DNA from: Dicyema japonicum
Taxonomy: Eukaryota > Animalia > Dicyemida
Assembly: GCA_011109175.1 (NCBI GenBank)
Contig: RDEW01000002.1
Span: forward strand, 1,058,676 to 1,122,675
DNA: 64,000 nt
Reading direction: 5' to 3'
The notes beneath the pieces were generated by a model. It did no database searches. It was not told the DNA's origin and worked only from the letters and a program-made list of their open reading frames with translations. The translations under genes were made by a program, and so were the position numbers. Positions within the stretch are counted from its first letter, which is position 1. Every line of letters starts with the position of its first letter. This document shows, one piece after another, positions 62,972-64,000 of this stretch.

Positions 62972-64000
62972 ATGATTATATTAATAATAATTTCCCTCTC
63001 CATTTCAAAGCGAATTTTCTCAATTTGAAGTTGACGGTACTCCATATAGTCATTTATAAGATGTCAATTCACAAGTGGAAATCACAGGAACAACAGGAAA
63101 AGTGGAAAGCACTATTTATGAAAATGAGTCTGAGACTGTTCCCGAACTAGAGGAAAATGTAAATATACAATTAAGTGATAGTCCATAACCATAGAGGAGG
63201 ACAGTGACTATAATATAAATATGATAAAGTCAACGAAAGTAATATTATGAATTATTAGATACCACTCAATTGGGTTGATTATTATGTGGAAATTGGATTC
63301 ATTCTCTTCATGATCCTCTATTTGATTACATATATTAATGGACGAGGTAACAACAGGGACATTGCCAAGACCATCCTGGATGACTTTAGACCCATTTGTC
63401 AAAATAACTTTCTCCACGTGGGTCAGATTAGTTGTTTTACTATTTAGGGGAGAGTCTCAATGAGGAATGGACTCAGGAGAGCGAGAATGTATATTTACTG
63501 TGGTGTAGTGGACATGACTTTATAAATAAGTGTGTTGTCTACCTAGATTTACTTAAACGACACGATTTACTGTCCACAATAAAGCAGACTATTCGGCCTA
63601 CCAGGGAAGATTACATTGTATGTCCTCAGTTTATTAGAGACAATCCTTGGGAGTCTCACTGAAATGGATAAAATGGTGTTTTCTATATCAAGGAAAGACA
63701 AAATTACAGAAATGTCCAAGAAATATCCTGATTTAGTATTTTCCTGTTTTATTTAGGCTTTTTTCTGCAGTCTTAAAAATCACGACTTTATTCCCAACGA
63801 ATTTGCATGTCTCACTGAAAACAGCGGACTGATCCCCCTTATATTCGATCAAAATGTCATTTTTTAGTTAATCACAGATTTTGGCCTTGTTTAAGAGACT
63901 AAGTGAGTACGTGGTCTCTGTTCACGTTTCGAATCATTCTGTTGGGTATTCTAGTGATCTTAGGTTGTTTTGTCTGTTTATTAGATCGGGGACTAAGACT
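62972..64000 (+). CDS. CCDC47: PAT complex subunit CCDC47 (runs off the window end)
   Basis: Hydrophobic start, acidic region, 'DYYVEI.....LY...YI.G...N..IA', 'NF..VG', 'QE.EN.Y.LWCSG', 'L.LLKR.DLL', 'MD..VF', 'SVH.S'. Tiny introns throughout; start approximate because the frame breaks near 63005. Confidence 0.85.

Noticed and set aside
63945-64000. CTAGTGATCTTAGG..GATCGGGG resembling the LINE stem-loop tail
   Set aside because: It lies in the CCDC47 reading frame and a GT-AG intron, and lacks the paired arm and A-rich tail.
2505-64000. Stop-codon reassignment to explain fragmented ORFs
   Set aside because: In-frame stops in host genes fall within GT-AG introns or after homopolymer frameshifts, and TAA, TAG and TGA all serve as true terminators.

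Overview
AT-rich eukaryotic (metazoan) genomic DNA, not prokaryotic. Hand-splicing recovers 14 compact host genes, most of them fragmented or missed in the ORF track: DDAH-like, IMP3, YPEL5, an F-BAR/SH3 protein, TIA1, RPS28, nucleolin, ARHGAP1/8, a miniature Nrf2/CNC bZIP, PDSS2, RAPGEF2/6, an atypical DUSP, a DUF333-like small protein and CCDC47. They are interrupted by about 60 or more ultra-short spliceosomal introns, nearly all 20-29 nt. Fast-evolving animal genes with such introns suggest a reduced parasite such as a myxozoan cnidarian or a dicyemid (inference only). The genes sit as islands in roughly half a window of transposon debris: CRE-type RLE retrotransposons, two RTE families, many I/Jockey-like LINE copies, SINEs, R4-like remnants, a MULE with foldback TIRs, and hAT and pogo remnants. 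The most striking unexplained structure is a covarying 3' stem-loop that overlaps the LINE stop codon (G-I-T-stop) and is shared with a SINE family, about 24 copies, often stacked head-to-tail. Several conserved genes carry 1-nt frameshifts in short homopolymers, most likely assembly errors. All assignments are by eye and from remembered family motifs; no searches were run.
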